Shown piece by piece: positions 1 through 12,126 of a stretch of 64,000 bases of DNA (its first letter is position 1; the number at the start of each line of letters is the position of its first letter). The notes under the pieces were generated by a model. It saw only the letters and a list, made by a program, of their open reading frames with translations, did no database searches and had not been told where the DNA came from. This DNA is from Trichoplax sp. H2 (Eukaryota): positions 186,001-250,000 of the forward strand of contig NOWV01000019.1 of the NCBI GenBank assembly GCA_003344405.1, given 5' to 3'. Position numbers and translations under genes: made by a program.

Positions 1-409
1 CAAGATACGCCTGAAAAGTAGGAAGGGAATTACTTCAATTCAGCTCATTGATATAATATGAAAACAATTCAAATCTACTGGACGCCATTGTACAAAAAAT
101 GATGTTTGGAATCAAGTTGTATGCAGTACCACTACAACGAGTAATATCAGAGCGACACCAGCACAAGAATTTCAAAGTATCCTTTGCTGTACAGTGTACA
201 GCAATGTTATTTTGCTATCAGATATTTGAGTAAAGGTATCAATTCAATTCATGCCTCTCGATATCGGTATAAATCACTGTATTTGCACGTTCGTTTTAGT
301 GCCAACTTTTCCCAGCTAAGGTATCGAAAGCGAAATGACAGACACTGAATAGGATATCTGTTCGACGGGTATATCCATCTGCATACTCTACCAATATACA
401 TATCGCTAT

Positions 410-1126
410 CAAATTGAAATGAACAAAATTTTCATAGTTGCTGCACTCTACGCTGATGATTGGAAATGTTTCGACTATATAGTGTGTAGTACTGTACTTC
501 AAATGGAAAAAAAATTTCATATTTGCTGCACTCTCTTCACTGATGATAGGAAACATTTTGACCGTTGTTACGAAATAATATAGTTGTTATAGACATAGTA
601 TCGCTAAGATCGATCGTATTAAATAAGGCTGTTTATTACAGTCTATTTCTGCAGTTGTTCTGTAAACGATGAAGTCCTAGATAGCATATCTAAGAAAATA
701 AGTTGTTATCTTATTAAGAATAAGATAAGATTGTCGTTAACGTTCATGGTATGTCCGTGTCTGTAATGTCTCTAAATATGAATAATGATGACGATTAAGT
801 CCTAGATAGCATATCTAGGAAAATAAGTTGTTATCTTATTATGAATAAGATAAGATTGTCGTTAACATTCATGGTATGTCCGTTATTGCACATTACTGGT
901 AATTGTCTCTTCTATATAACGGCTCCTAATGCATAATAAAGTTAGTTCGGTACTTAAGCTCTATTGGACTCGTGATTGTTCAGTGCTCAAGCCCTACTGG
1001 ACTTTTGAATTATTGTTATTACGATAAACAAGAAAGTGGAACAACCGTATGGTGGACAGGACTGCAAATTGAAATGAAAAAATTTCCTGCACTCTCTACG
1101 CTGATGATAGGAAATATTTTGACCGT
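410..1126. repeat. Dispersed degenerate ~65-bp repeat, 3 copies (~410, ~500, ~1067)
   Basis: Shared core AAATTGAAATGAA..AATTT..CTGCACTCT..CTGATGAT(A/T)GGAAA...GAC(C/T) is visible at the three positions. Confidence 0.7.
672..883. repeat. Direct repeat of ~87 bp, 2 copies, period ~125 bp
   Basis: AAGTCCTAGATAGCATATCTA(A/G)GAAAATAAGTTGTTATCTTATTA(A/T)GAATAAGATAAGATTGTCGTTAAC..TCATGGTATGTCCGT occurs at ~672 and ~797. Confidence 0.9.
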
Positions 1127-1760
1127 ATAGCGTTTTCAGCGATACTACATATGAGCAAAGACGTGACTAGTGAACTTTCTCAACAGATGAAGATAGGATC
1201 GTCAGTTAGAACTGCTTTACCACGGGTAACCAAGTAACGTGTCAAGAGTGTATGGCCATGGACTACAACATATCCTCCTTCTCTCCACCTCAAAATGATA
1301 TTCATTCGTCAATACTGCTACCCTTTTCAATAATACAGGGGGCTTGCTCGTCGTTGGCACCACTGTGACTGTGAGAACTACCAAAGACTGCTGCAATAGT
1401 CACAGGGATTGAGAAAATCGTAACAGGGACTACTGCAATCCAAGGAAAGAAAGCCGTAACAACTTGCAATCTGCAAATCATTGTAAAAGGAGATGACTAT
1501 CTAGTTGTATAGCTGTTCAAGTGGTGGTATAAAATGGAGACTACAGTACTACTCTGTTGTAGCACCAAGTGGAGATCATTTACTACACCAGTAGTAGTAC
1601 TGTATCTTGACATTATTACTAATAGAGAATATCATTCAGGACGAATGATGATTCCTTGGCAAGGAAATACTGCGGCGATCGTAACTGCGAGACTAGCAGC
1701 ACCCACTGAGCTTGTTCGATCAACAAGCTCAATGTGGCCATCTCTGTTAAGGTCAAGTCG

Positions 1761-2550
1761 TCGTCATCCTAGTCGATCATGGATTGATTGATTTCTATAT
1801 CGCTTGTTGACTTGAGTGCGATTGAGAATCGGCATTGATCCATTGGCAATGGATTGGATCATTTTTTGTCTCGCATCCTAGTCGATCATGGATTGACGGA
1901 TTTCTATATCGCTTGTCGACTTGAGTGCGATTGAGTATCGGCAATGGATTGGATCATTTCTTGTCTCGCATCCTAGTTGATCATGGATTGACGGATTTCT
2001 ATATCGCTTGTCGACTTGAGTGTGATTGAGAATCGGCAATGGATTGGGTCATTTTTTGTCTCGCATCCTAGTCGATCATGGATGGATTTCTATTTCGCTT
2101 GTCGACTTGAGTGTGATTGAGAATCGGCATTGATCCATCGGCAATGGATTGGATCATTTTTTGTCTCGCATCCTAGTTGATGATGGATTGACGGATTTCT
2201 ATATCGCTTGTCGACTTGAGTGCGATTGAGTATCGGCAATGGATTGGATCCTTTTTTGTCTCGCATCCTAGTCGATCATGGATGGATTTCTATTTCGCTT
2301 GTCGACTTGAGTGTGATTGAGAATCGGCATTGATCCATTGGCAATGGATTGGATCATTTTTTGTCTCGCATCCTAGTCGATCATGGATGGATTGCTATTT
2401 CGCTTGTCGACTTGAGTGTGATAGAGTATCGGCAAATGGATCAATGCCATTTTTTGTCTCGCATCCCAGTCGATCATGGATGGATGGATTTCTACAGTAT
2501 ATCGCTTGTCGACTTGAGTGCAATTGTATATCGGATTGGATCATTTTGTG
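1761..2550. repeat. Minisatellite of 8 units, 93-105 bp each
   Basis: Anchor GTCTCGCATCC(T/C)AG at 1868, 1963, 2058, 2163, 2258, 2363 and 2456, with a variant at ~1763. Units carry CGCTTGT(C/T)GACTTGAGTG. Confidence 0.95.
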
Positions 2551-4518
2551 TCTGGCTTTTGCCATCGCATTCAATTGCAATAGTCCCAACATTGCAGTAC
2601 TTGGAGTGATGATGAAAGCACGCCATTAAACCTCCTGCTTGACCTATTGTCATGGATCGCGATTGATTGATTTGTATGGGATGGCAAAATCCATTGTCAA
2701 GTCGATTGTGTCTACCCCGGGGGGGGGGGGCTAGGGGCCCGGCGTACGGTACGAAGTGATGACGCAGTAGAGGACCCGTCAGGCTATACACTTGGCCATA
2801 CATGACTTGGTAAATGATATTAATCCATTGTCGTCGTCATGGAATACTTGGACGCAATACCCAACAAGGCAAAATGCCCCCCAAGATACCTGGAGACAAA
2901 GGCGAGAAATGATTTTCATCAAGGCAGAAAACGACAAGCAATATTGCTGTCATGGCGAGAAAGAGACGATAGTCCAGTGTACTCTCCATCGATAGACCAT
3001 TTGAAGGGTATATGTATTAAGTAGGTTGGAGTAGTGTAGTACTAAAAGAGTGGAGCATCTTTGCAATCGTATCGGTAGGACTAGGATTGATTGCGACACG
3101 ACTTGCTGATCATTAGACTAGCGACAGGAAGAAAACCTCCAACGATTCCAACGTAGTAGCACAACTAGCGGATAGGAAGAAAACCTTCAACGATTTAAAC
3201 TTAGTAATCGTTGTTCTACGATCATCATCCTCTTTCCATACTGGATTGGAGATCAAGATTGGCATTGGAAATTCACAAGTGAGCGTCCCCAAAAACCCCA
3301 TCGAGCATCACGCCAATTCCAACGTGTCAATACGTCATCGAGGAGGAAAGCGTTGTTGCTTTCTTCCTTGGGGCTCGACGCCATTGGTACTCGCAATTAA
3401 CACCGTTTGTTGTTGTACTCAACATCGTCAAATCAATCGCGTGGTTGAACTACCTGATCATCCTCATTCGATCCTAGTCTTGTCCACTAGCGATTGGCAG
3501 TACCACCCAAAAGAGTCAAGCAAGAAGCGATACAAGGTTGGAGGCATACAACTTTATCATCATCATGATGAAACAAAAGAAAAAAAAAATTTGAATTCAA
3601 TTGCTTCATTTACAGTTAATAGACAATTTGTAGCCTACAATTCTACTCCATCATCATCATTGCAATTCTTCAAGTTGTTGCTATTTTTATTAGCCAGCAA
3701 TCATATCAAATGATGCATTGATTGTAAAGTACTTGTATGTAGGTGAGGATCGATGAATTCAATACAATGATGAGTTTCAAATTAGTAATTGATTTTTCCT
3801 CAATGCCAATCCATGGCCGGCCTAGTGGATACCATCGTTAGGCAGACGGCCATATCGCTGGTAAATGTTAGTCCTAATACGCTCCAATCTAGTTTGATGA
3901 CCATGTAGTTCACGCTTGATCATTTTCTCTTATTCATGCTCTCGAAACCAATAACCGAATAACAATACAGTCCATGGAGGATAAAAGAGAGATGGCCATA
4001 ACATAGCCAAGCAGTTGTTGAACTTTGACGCTATCATGACAGTTGAACAGCTTTAAATCAATCCAAATTGACTTTCTTACGGTAATATCAACCAGATGAT
4101 AAAATCCACTCATCTTGTTCAATTGCAAAAGCAATCAACATGGATCGCTACAGCCAAGGAAAGGCCACCGTACGGTAAAAATAGCGTAGAAGGATCAATT
4201 ATCCGTGTTGACAGGACGCTCTGTCGGATTAGTTTACCTTACCATCCATGACAGTATTTCTAATCGTTCTAAACCCAATCAAAGAGTGAAGGAAACACTG
4301 CAATCACTCATTTGATTTCAATCATCATCCAAAATGGATAACAAGCAAATTGTTATCTAGCTAGTTTCGTTCTTGTCATGACAAAGATAACAAAACAATT
4401 TTTAAATTTGTTATCTAAATTATTAACCATTTAATGTGAAAAATAAATGTTTTCTTTTTTTTTTTTTCCCCTTTTTTTGTCATCGTGGCGGTGGATAAGC
4501 AGATTCAATTACGCCACC

Positions 4519-4887
4519 ATGTATGTCTACTTAAAAGATGGCCAACATTTACGTTATATTAGTCGAGTTAGCTTAGCAGATGGTTGTTATCCTTGTGTTC
4601 ATAATGTCTTGCATGAGCATAAGGAATTAGTTGAACCAGCAATTTGGTTTAAGGTCTTGGTGCTGGATTCCATTTGTATTGATTGTTCCAAGCGTATGTT
4701 CTACTGGACTACCGGCCATATCGGCAAGCATGATCTACGTTTATGGACAACGGAATATGGCGATATGGAATTTTATGATTATGATGATGACTTTGATGAG
4801 CTCTTTCTTCTAGCTCGCAAGTTATTAACAGAAAAGAATGCTATCGCTGATAAAGACTTGGCAGAAACACAGGTTAGTACTGTCTAG
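4519..4887 (+). CDS. Orphan intronless ORF, 122 aa (MYVYLKDGQHLRYISRV...CIDC...), function unknown
   Basis: Open frame with protein-like composition. The ATG sits in a GCCACCATG context. No family recognised. Confidence 0.35.
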   Translation: MYVYLKDGQHLRYISRVSLADGCYPCVHNVLHEHKELVEPAIWFKVLVLDSICIDCSKRMFYWTTGHIGKHDLRLWTTEYGDMEFYDYDDDFDELFLLARKLLTEKNAIADKDLAETQVSTV

Positions 4888-5255
4888 TTGTTTCTTTCTT
4901 TTACAGTCAGGTATGGCGATCAAAGCCTTATCCTCGTAGTCCTATTGAAAGGAAAGGCTTTACTTTAGCCTATTTTCCCCATGAATCGCTTGTCCTTTCC
5001 ATACATCATTCTTCTCATTGCAAAACTTTCCACCATTTCACCATACTGCCATCGTATTATCCTGACCATTAGCCAGTTGTTTCTTTTCTATCTTTGTTAT
5101 TACATTATACACGCTGCTGTCTGCAATATCCGGTATTGACAACATCATCAACTTCTCAACTTTACTGCAGTCTATCATTCACTTTTTGCTGCTTTTAATT
5201 ATTTAAAAATAAGCCCAAAACAACATTCAATAACACTTCACTCCATCATAAGAGG

Positions 5256-5561
5256 ATGATTAGCACCTTACAAGGAAGCATGGAAAAATTCAACTACCCT
5301 CTTCACATAAATCGTATTCATCATGTTAAGAGAGAAGGGACCAAAATGTTCATCTGATGGCGTGGAATACCAATTATTGTGTCCAAATTAGACGATTACT
5401 TGGTCACAGTGCAAGCCATGATGGATAGTCCATTTCATGACTGTTTCTATTCCACTGTATTTTATAATCAGATGCATCGTAGTATCATTTTGCAAAGAAA
5501 TTCAAAAGGCTATTCGGAATGGTTCTACGATAGTTTGGACTCTATGCAGAAAGAAGGATAA
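5256..5561 (+). pseudogene. Possible decayed ~100-codon ORF with one internal TGA
   Basis: ATG at 5256 reads MISTLQGSMEKFNYPLHINRIHHVKREGTKMFI*WRGIPIIVSKLDDYLVTVQAMMDSPF...QKEG*, in frame with ORF-track entry 5379..5561. Confidence 0.3.
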
Positions 5562-7147
5562 GCATGAAAATAATATCAATCTCAGTCATAATATCGATCT
5601 ACCTACCCTTGATGATTGTTTTGACTCTGCAATCATCATCAAGATGGCGTAATGGGAAAGAAGAGTATACAGTACATAAATGAGCACTCTTCTCATCATT
5701 GCGCCTTCTAGTTCATTGGCATTCTTGACAGTCCTACGACAATATTCCAACGTATGACAACGCTGTTTTTCACTTTCTTTTTGGCTATTTGCTTGGTATG
5801 CTGAAGGCAGTCCACGTTGATATTCTATCCAACATACAGCATGCGTACACGTCTATTAACCGACAGTACTTCAACTTCTTTTCTCATCAAGGCAGTCATG
5901 AAAGTATGTCCAATCGCACAACGCTGCTTGATGACTCCATTTTGAACTATTTCCTTCGCATTTCTTCCTTCAGTCATGGACTCTCAGATGACTTGTACAT
6001 GCTTGAGAGATCGAAAAGTTTATAGTTTAGTCCTATTGCATCTTCAATGCAATGGATAACACTACTCTACCAAGATAATTATCCAAGGCAGCACACGCCT
6101 GGATTTTGGGCTATTTCGTCAACATTTCTTCCTTCAGCGCTATGCATCCTCGAATAGAATTTGGGACACTCACGGTACTGCGGAGGGTTGCGACTCCATT
6201 CCCCGATACTATTTTCCTTTTGCAATCAACTCAAAAGGCGATATCAATATCCACCATTCCTTGACTACTTTTCATCATGTTATTTTCTATTTGTTCAGGC
6301 TTAGTAGACAAAATCCGACAATCACAACTTGCATTTGTATTTTACTATTTTATTAGCATTGTGAACAGCATCGACAATTCTACTCCACGTTGCTATCAAG
6401 ACTAAGGTGCAACTCTGTGGTGCAGGATACAAAATATCACCACTCTAGTTTGTATTTTACCATTTATTAGCATTGTGACTGTCCACTTCTGAGTTCTCTG
6501 ATATCGATTGAGCCTATCTTGTTTTGCCTTCTATCGATTCGTTGATGTCAGTGCAACAGTGTTTCAACTTTTTTTCTAATACTATTTTCGAGCCAGATAC
6601 AGTATCAATTGATATGCTTGATAAACGCGTCCATCATCAAAGCTGTAATTAAGATCCAATTTCCCAGAAATGATCGATGACATAACGCTTAAGAATGATA
6701 GACACAAGGCAGTTTGGTCAATCAATTTTTAAAGTCTTTTTATTTGCCTGCAGTCTATCATGTCATGATGATGCGTTTGGTCAATAACTGCTTCTTCAAA
6801 TAATTCACCATATTGGTATAGTGTATGCCCATTGTCAAGATACAGTACGGATATTATTTTGCTGTGCCCTAGTTTGGTCCGTCTAAAATAGTGTTATCAA
6901 TATTTCGGTTTTCCAATTGCTTTCAGTATGGCAATAAATCTCAATTAGACTGAATTAGCCTTGACATCATTCGCTTGAAGGTCAATACCAGTACAAATAA
7001 TATTAGGCTAAAGAAGTCCCTGGCCAAACACTGTCAGCATGATGTTGGTGTTCCTTGATGAATTTTATAACAAGACGAAGAGTTACAATACAATACTACG
7101 TTCCATTCTCCATTTCCAATATGCAATAGCAGAAATAACATTTTTAG

Positions 7148-8392
7148 AGTTGAACAACAGGAACTAGCAGTATTTCAGTGATGAATGTTGTTGAAATCAA
7201 AACTGAAATTAGGTATCGCCATGCTTTCCCTTCAACTCATAAGTTTGGGTCAATCTTTGTAGCAATACTTGAACAACAGAAAGTAACTGTATTTTCCTGA
7301 TGAATGTTGAAACCAAAACTGAAATTATGTATAGCAACGCTTTCCCTTCAACTCATGAGTTTTCGTAGCAACATTTGATCCAGCCTATCAATCAATCAAT
7401 TATATTATAGAATTATCCATAAGACTCAGTCAGCTCACAGTTGCTGTAGTTGGAATGCTTTTGCAAGGAGGAATTCAATGTCCTTCAGTTGACTGTGATA
7501 GTAGATTGAATTTGACACTCGTCAAGAAAACATATCGTTGTAACAAAATGATTCATAAACCAAGAACTACTAAAAGGAAGTGCAATGGCTACCCTATTTC
7601 TCACATAATCCAAGGCCATCCTTAACTGAGTCCCCTAGTTGATTACCCTCTGAAAATAGTTTGTCCATTCAANNNNNNNNNNNNNNNNNNNNCATCTTTG
7701 TAGCAACATTTGAACAACAGAAAGTAACTGTATTTTCCTGATGAAGGTTGAAACCAAAACTGAAATTAGGTATCGCTATGCTTTTCCTTCAACTCATAAG
7801 TTTGGGTCCATCTTTGTAGCAACATTTGAACAACAGAAAGTAACTGTATTTTCCTGATGAAGGTTGAAACCAAAACTGAAATTATGTATAGCAACGCTTT
7901 CCCTTCAACTCATGAGTTTTCGTAGCAACATTTGATCCAGCCTATCAATCAATTACATTAAAGAATTATCCAGAAGACTCAGTCAGCTCACAGTTGCTGT
8001 AGTTGGAATGATTTTGCAAGGAGGAATTCAATGTCCTTCAGTTGACTGTGATAGTAGATTGAATTGTCTTCCATTTTGACCCGTAAATAAAACCATGGAC
8101 TACTACATCGATGTATCAAAGAGTCCATGGTAGAACATAAATATCGTTGGACTGTAAGAAAGTAATTCGTCAATCCTATTTTGAACAGTATCCAAGACAC
8201 TATAGTGCGCTCTAGTTTCACTTTCCTGAAATTGGAGACTCGTCAAGAAAACATATCGTTGTAACAAAATGATTCATAAACCAAGAACTACTAAAAGGAA
8301 GTGCAATGGCTACCCTATTCCTCACATAATCCAAGGCCATCCTTAACTGAGTCCCCTAGTTGATTACCCTCTGAAAATAGTTTGTCCATTCA
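7148..8392. repeat. Tandem ~115-bp repeats plus a segment duplicated on both sides of an assembly gap
   Basis: TTGAACAACAG(G/A)AA...TGATGAA.GTTGAAA(T/C)CAAAACTGAAATTA units occur on both sides of the gap. ~7253-7672 recurs at ~7810-8392, where the second copy has ~170 extra bases. Confidence 0.9.
7673..7692. other. Assembly gap (20 N)
   Basis: Run of N in the sequence. Confidence 1.
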
Positions 8393-10050
8393 ACTTTCGC
8401 TGTTCAACTTGATGATTCATCGATCCCATTTGGGACAAAATTCAAGACCCTACTGGACAACGTGGTGTAGTTGATGATCCACAGAAAATAGTCTGTCCAT
8501 TCAATTTTGCTCCCTAACCATGTATGAATCTTATTGCGGATAGAGTTTGGTCTGTTGATTCAATTGTGGCCTTTCACTTAGTGATGTAAATAGATCAATT
8601 TCGATTGACTGAATAATCCATCAACTTCAATCCGGAAAGAAAACTAAACCCTACTTTTACAACCTCGCTCAGATTGCTTTCATTTCTCAATACAAGTACG
8701 TACAGTAATGGTATAAAGCATTCAAGATTTTACATTTAAAATGGCGAGTGTGAAGAATGCACTTGAATCAAAATGTATACCACAAGGTTATCGTAATACC
8801 CTGAGAGAATGCAAGACCCTAGTTTGCAATATACTCATGAAAAGGTGAAAACAAGGGCAGTATTTCAAATTATCCTACCAATACAAAAGCCAATTTAGCT
8901 TGTAACGATTCTCACATGAGTGCCATATTGGATGGTTTCGTCGTTTTTACGCTATAATCCTATTCAAATGAAGACATCGCTTTAGACCATAGAAAATGCT
9001 TTACCCTTTATGGTCTAGACCGATTGCAAACTATTTGGCTTACGTCCAGTGTTTACCGCATTGAAATCTTGTGCCTTTGAAATGAATAGAAAATTAAACA
9101 GTTGTAAGGCTATTTCAAATCTTGTTGTGAAATGGAAGACAGCCATGGATCTACTCGATGCTATGAAAAGTATAGACGACTAAATTGAATTATCCATCTC
9201 ATTTTGACATGGATTTTATTCTTGTCAAGTTTTAAAGGAAATGAGTCGGTCGATAGAAACAATTTATTTATTGTTGGAAAGGCAGCTGAACATGAGAATG
9301 GTTTTCAACAAATACATAACATTACACCCAGTGGCTGCTCCACATACTGGGACATCCATTTTGTCAGTCATGAATCCATTCCTTTTTGCGTCAAATTATT
9401 TTATTTCCCATTACTATCGTTGTCAACCGAATACAAATACTTTACCCGGCAACTGCATACTCGGATATGTATTTAGTCAGTAATGAAACCATTCTTATTG
9501 CGTCAGATTATTGTACAGCAAGGACAATCATCACCCATTCTGTCTTTAAATCGATCCTTTGGAAATATTTTAAGAACGGGGTAAAAGAAATAAGCAAATA
9601 AAGGCCAAACATCCAAAATGACCTTGTGTCAACATCGACGCTACAATGGATTGTCCATAGGCAAATATGTCTCCCGCCAGTAAATCAAAAGGGTGGCCAT
9701 AGTAGACTGCTTCGAATGCATCCTTGACCATGGTGATGAATTCCTTTAGCATTCAATCTTGCCATGATGGGATTGACTATTTAATCTCGTGTTGAGATTG
9801 ATTAATGCGCTGTACATTTTGTACATTTTGCAATCTTGTCACGGACAATAACCTTAATTTTGTGCCATTATGGGTAATTAGAATCAATGTCTATTTTTCA
9901 ATGGCTTGCAACCGAATAAATTACTGTAATATTCGACTATTTCATTATGATAAAGCAATACGCCATGGCAAACTATTATTAAAATTGGACTTGGATGTTG
10001 AACTAGGCATTGTTGTCATGGATCATTTTGGATAGCATAGTCAATGCGTC

Positions 10051-10346
10051 AGATTATATTGTTAACCTTAAAAGACAATCTTTCAACATTTTTGTTATTC
10101 CAAGTAGTAAACATTCTCTAGGCTTTCAACTGAGGATAGAGTCGATGTCTATGATCGGTTAGAAACGCATAACATTGATATTGATAATCATGGAGGAGCG
10201 TAAGATTATATTGTTAACCTTAAAAGAAAATCGTTCAACATTTTTGTTCTTCCAAATAGTAAACACGCTCTAGGCTTTCTATTGAGGATAGAGTCGATGT
10301 CTATGATCGGTTAGAAACGCATATCATCGATATTAATAATCATGGA
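10051..10346. repeat. Tandem duplication, 2 copies, period ~152 bp
   Basis: AGATTATATTGTTAACCTTAAAAGA...GAGGATAGAGTCGATGTCTATGATCGGTTAGAAACGCATA...ATAATCATGGA at 10051 and 10203. Confidence 0.92.
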
Positions 10347-10599
10347 CAGCAAACAGTTTGGAATGGATTACGCTTAAAGGCAATCAATAACTCTTTTCAT
10401 ATTTTACTGATAGAATAATCAATCGACTATTGCCATCGATGCTATTCTTTTTAAGGACAGTAGTATATTCATTCTTTGTCTTGATATCAGCAATTTATCT
10501 TATGCACGGATCTTGTAGTCTATCCCTATTCTATAACATTGGTGGTTGAGTTAAGCTCTGAGTAGAGAATTGGGATTATTTTCTATGGCCTTGAGTTTA

Positions 10600-11640
10600 T
10601 AGAAATGTGTAAACTATCTATCTTGATATCACCATTTTATGTTGCATTTTTGTAAATCTATAAAACATCCATGATAACAGTAGATTGGTTCAACTCTCAG
10701 CACAAAGTGAGGGTATTATCCTTGGCTTGGATGGCAGAAAGTACTACATCTACTTTGATATTATGAACGCATTTTGTAGAGTTTATCCTATTACCCATCG
10801 ACTACAACAATATCACCATTTTGTGTTGTATTTTTGTAAGGCTATAACGTCCATGACAACAATTTTTTGGTTAAAAGTCTCGACACAAAGTGAGGATACT
10901 GTCCACGGCTTAGATGGCAAAAAGTCCTATACTCTCTACCTTGCTATCATGAACACATTTTATAGAGTTTATCCTATTCCATCGACTACAACAGTGAAGC
11001 CAAAGACAATCTTTGGCGGCTTCGAGTAAGAGAACGTATAAACGTAAAACTCTCTACGTTGGATAGAATAATAGTCTATTAGGCATATGTAAGCTTTCTG
11101 ATAACAGTGATGACAGCAACGGATTAGTTAAAGTAGTAAATAGTTGGGTATTTGTCTGCAGCTTTGATCGCATTGCAGAAAAGAATATACTCTCTATGCC
11201 TTAACTATCATGAAGGCATTTTGTACAGTTGATCCTATTCTATCGACTACCAACAGTGGATAGTAAGACGATATTGACAGCTTCGAGTACAAGAAAATAG
11301 AAACTCTCTACGTTAGATAGAATTATGGTCGGTTAATTATAGCTTATCCTGTAACATGCATTGCATATTGAGACATACTCTACGGCTTTGAGTACCGAAA
11401 TAGATCAATTTTCTAACGTCATATTTCCAGTCTATATTAGACATAGGTGTGAAGAGTAATCGCCTATTGAAACTTCCAACATATCGCTGATGTAATACTA
11501 TCTATACAAGAAGATATTAAACAAAGCTATCGAGAATAATTTCCTATTAAAACTACTAACATATCATTCATATGTGATGCTCTATACATAAAGGTTTTAA
11601 ACAAAGCTATGGAAAACAATCCCCTATTAAAACTAGAAAC
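10600..11640. repeat. Degenerate tandem repeats (units ~180-270 bp, then ~80 bp)
   Basis: Recurrent ATCACCATTTT.TGTTG.ATTTTTGTAA, TATCATGAA..CATTTT.TA.AGTT.ATCCTATT..ATCGACTAC and AAACAAAGCTAT.GA.AA.AAT..CCTATTAAAACT. Confidence 0.7.
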
Positions 11641-12126
11641 GATTCATAGACTTTTTGGCTTTGGGGGTAAAATTTGATCTATAGGCGTCCCTGACATTAC
11701 CAAGCAATCCATGAAATTAAAACTCTGCAATAGAGTAACTTGTAGATGTTATACTCACAGAATGGACATCCAATAATATGAATCATATCAATATCTTGTT
11801 AATGCCCATACAAGACATGAATGTTTATTAATATACATTTCTACCTTGGTAAATGATATAAACGACATTGTATCCCTATATTACACCTTCACTTGGATAT
11901 CTTAAGAGATGCTACTCAAATAACCATCTAAATTACAATTAGAATTGGTAGTGTCATCATTACAGCAGTAATAAATGTTCGATATTATGATATAGCAAGA
12001 TATGGATTCCAACATTTCACACTGAATTGAAATAATACTTACAAAATATATAATCATAAGTCATACATTCCTTATTTCCATTTATACATTGTCATTGATC
12101 CTGTTATATTCTTGCCTTTCTTCTAG

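Noticed and set aside
177..185. GTATCCTTT U12-type 5' splice site
   Set aside because: No open exon upstream and no supporting gene model.
1761..2550. CRISPR-like array (also considered for the arrays at 25102, 29160, 30710, 40505 and 63463)
   Set aside because: Whole units are homologous with no unique spacers, there are no cas genes, and the context is eukaryotic.
2330..2803. ORF-track entries overlapping the minisatellite
   Set aside because: They are repeat-derived open frames, and the array is not open across its length in any frame.
5256..5561. Selenocysteine readthrough of the in-frame TGA
   Set aside because: No SECIS-like element or selenoprotein motif recognised; a nonsense mutation is simpler.
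11740..12060. Start exon for the VPS9 gene
   Set aside because: Every ATG-initiated frame I tried stops before a phase-compatible donor, so the 5' end is left unresolved.
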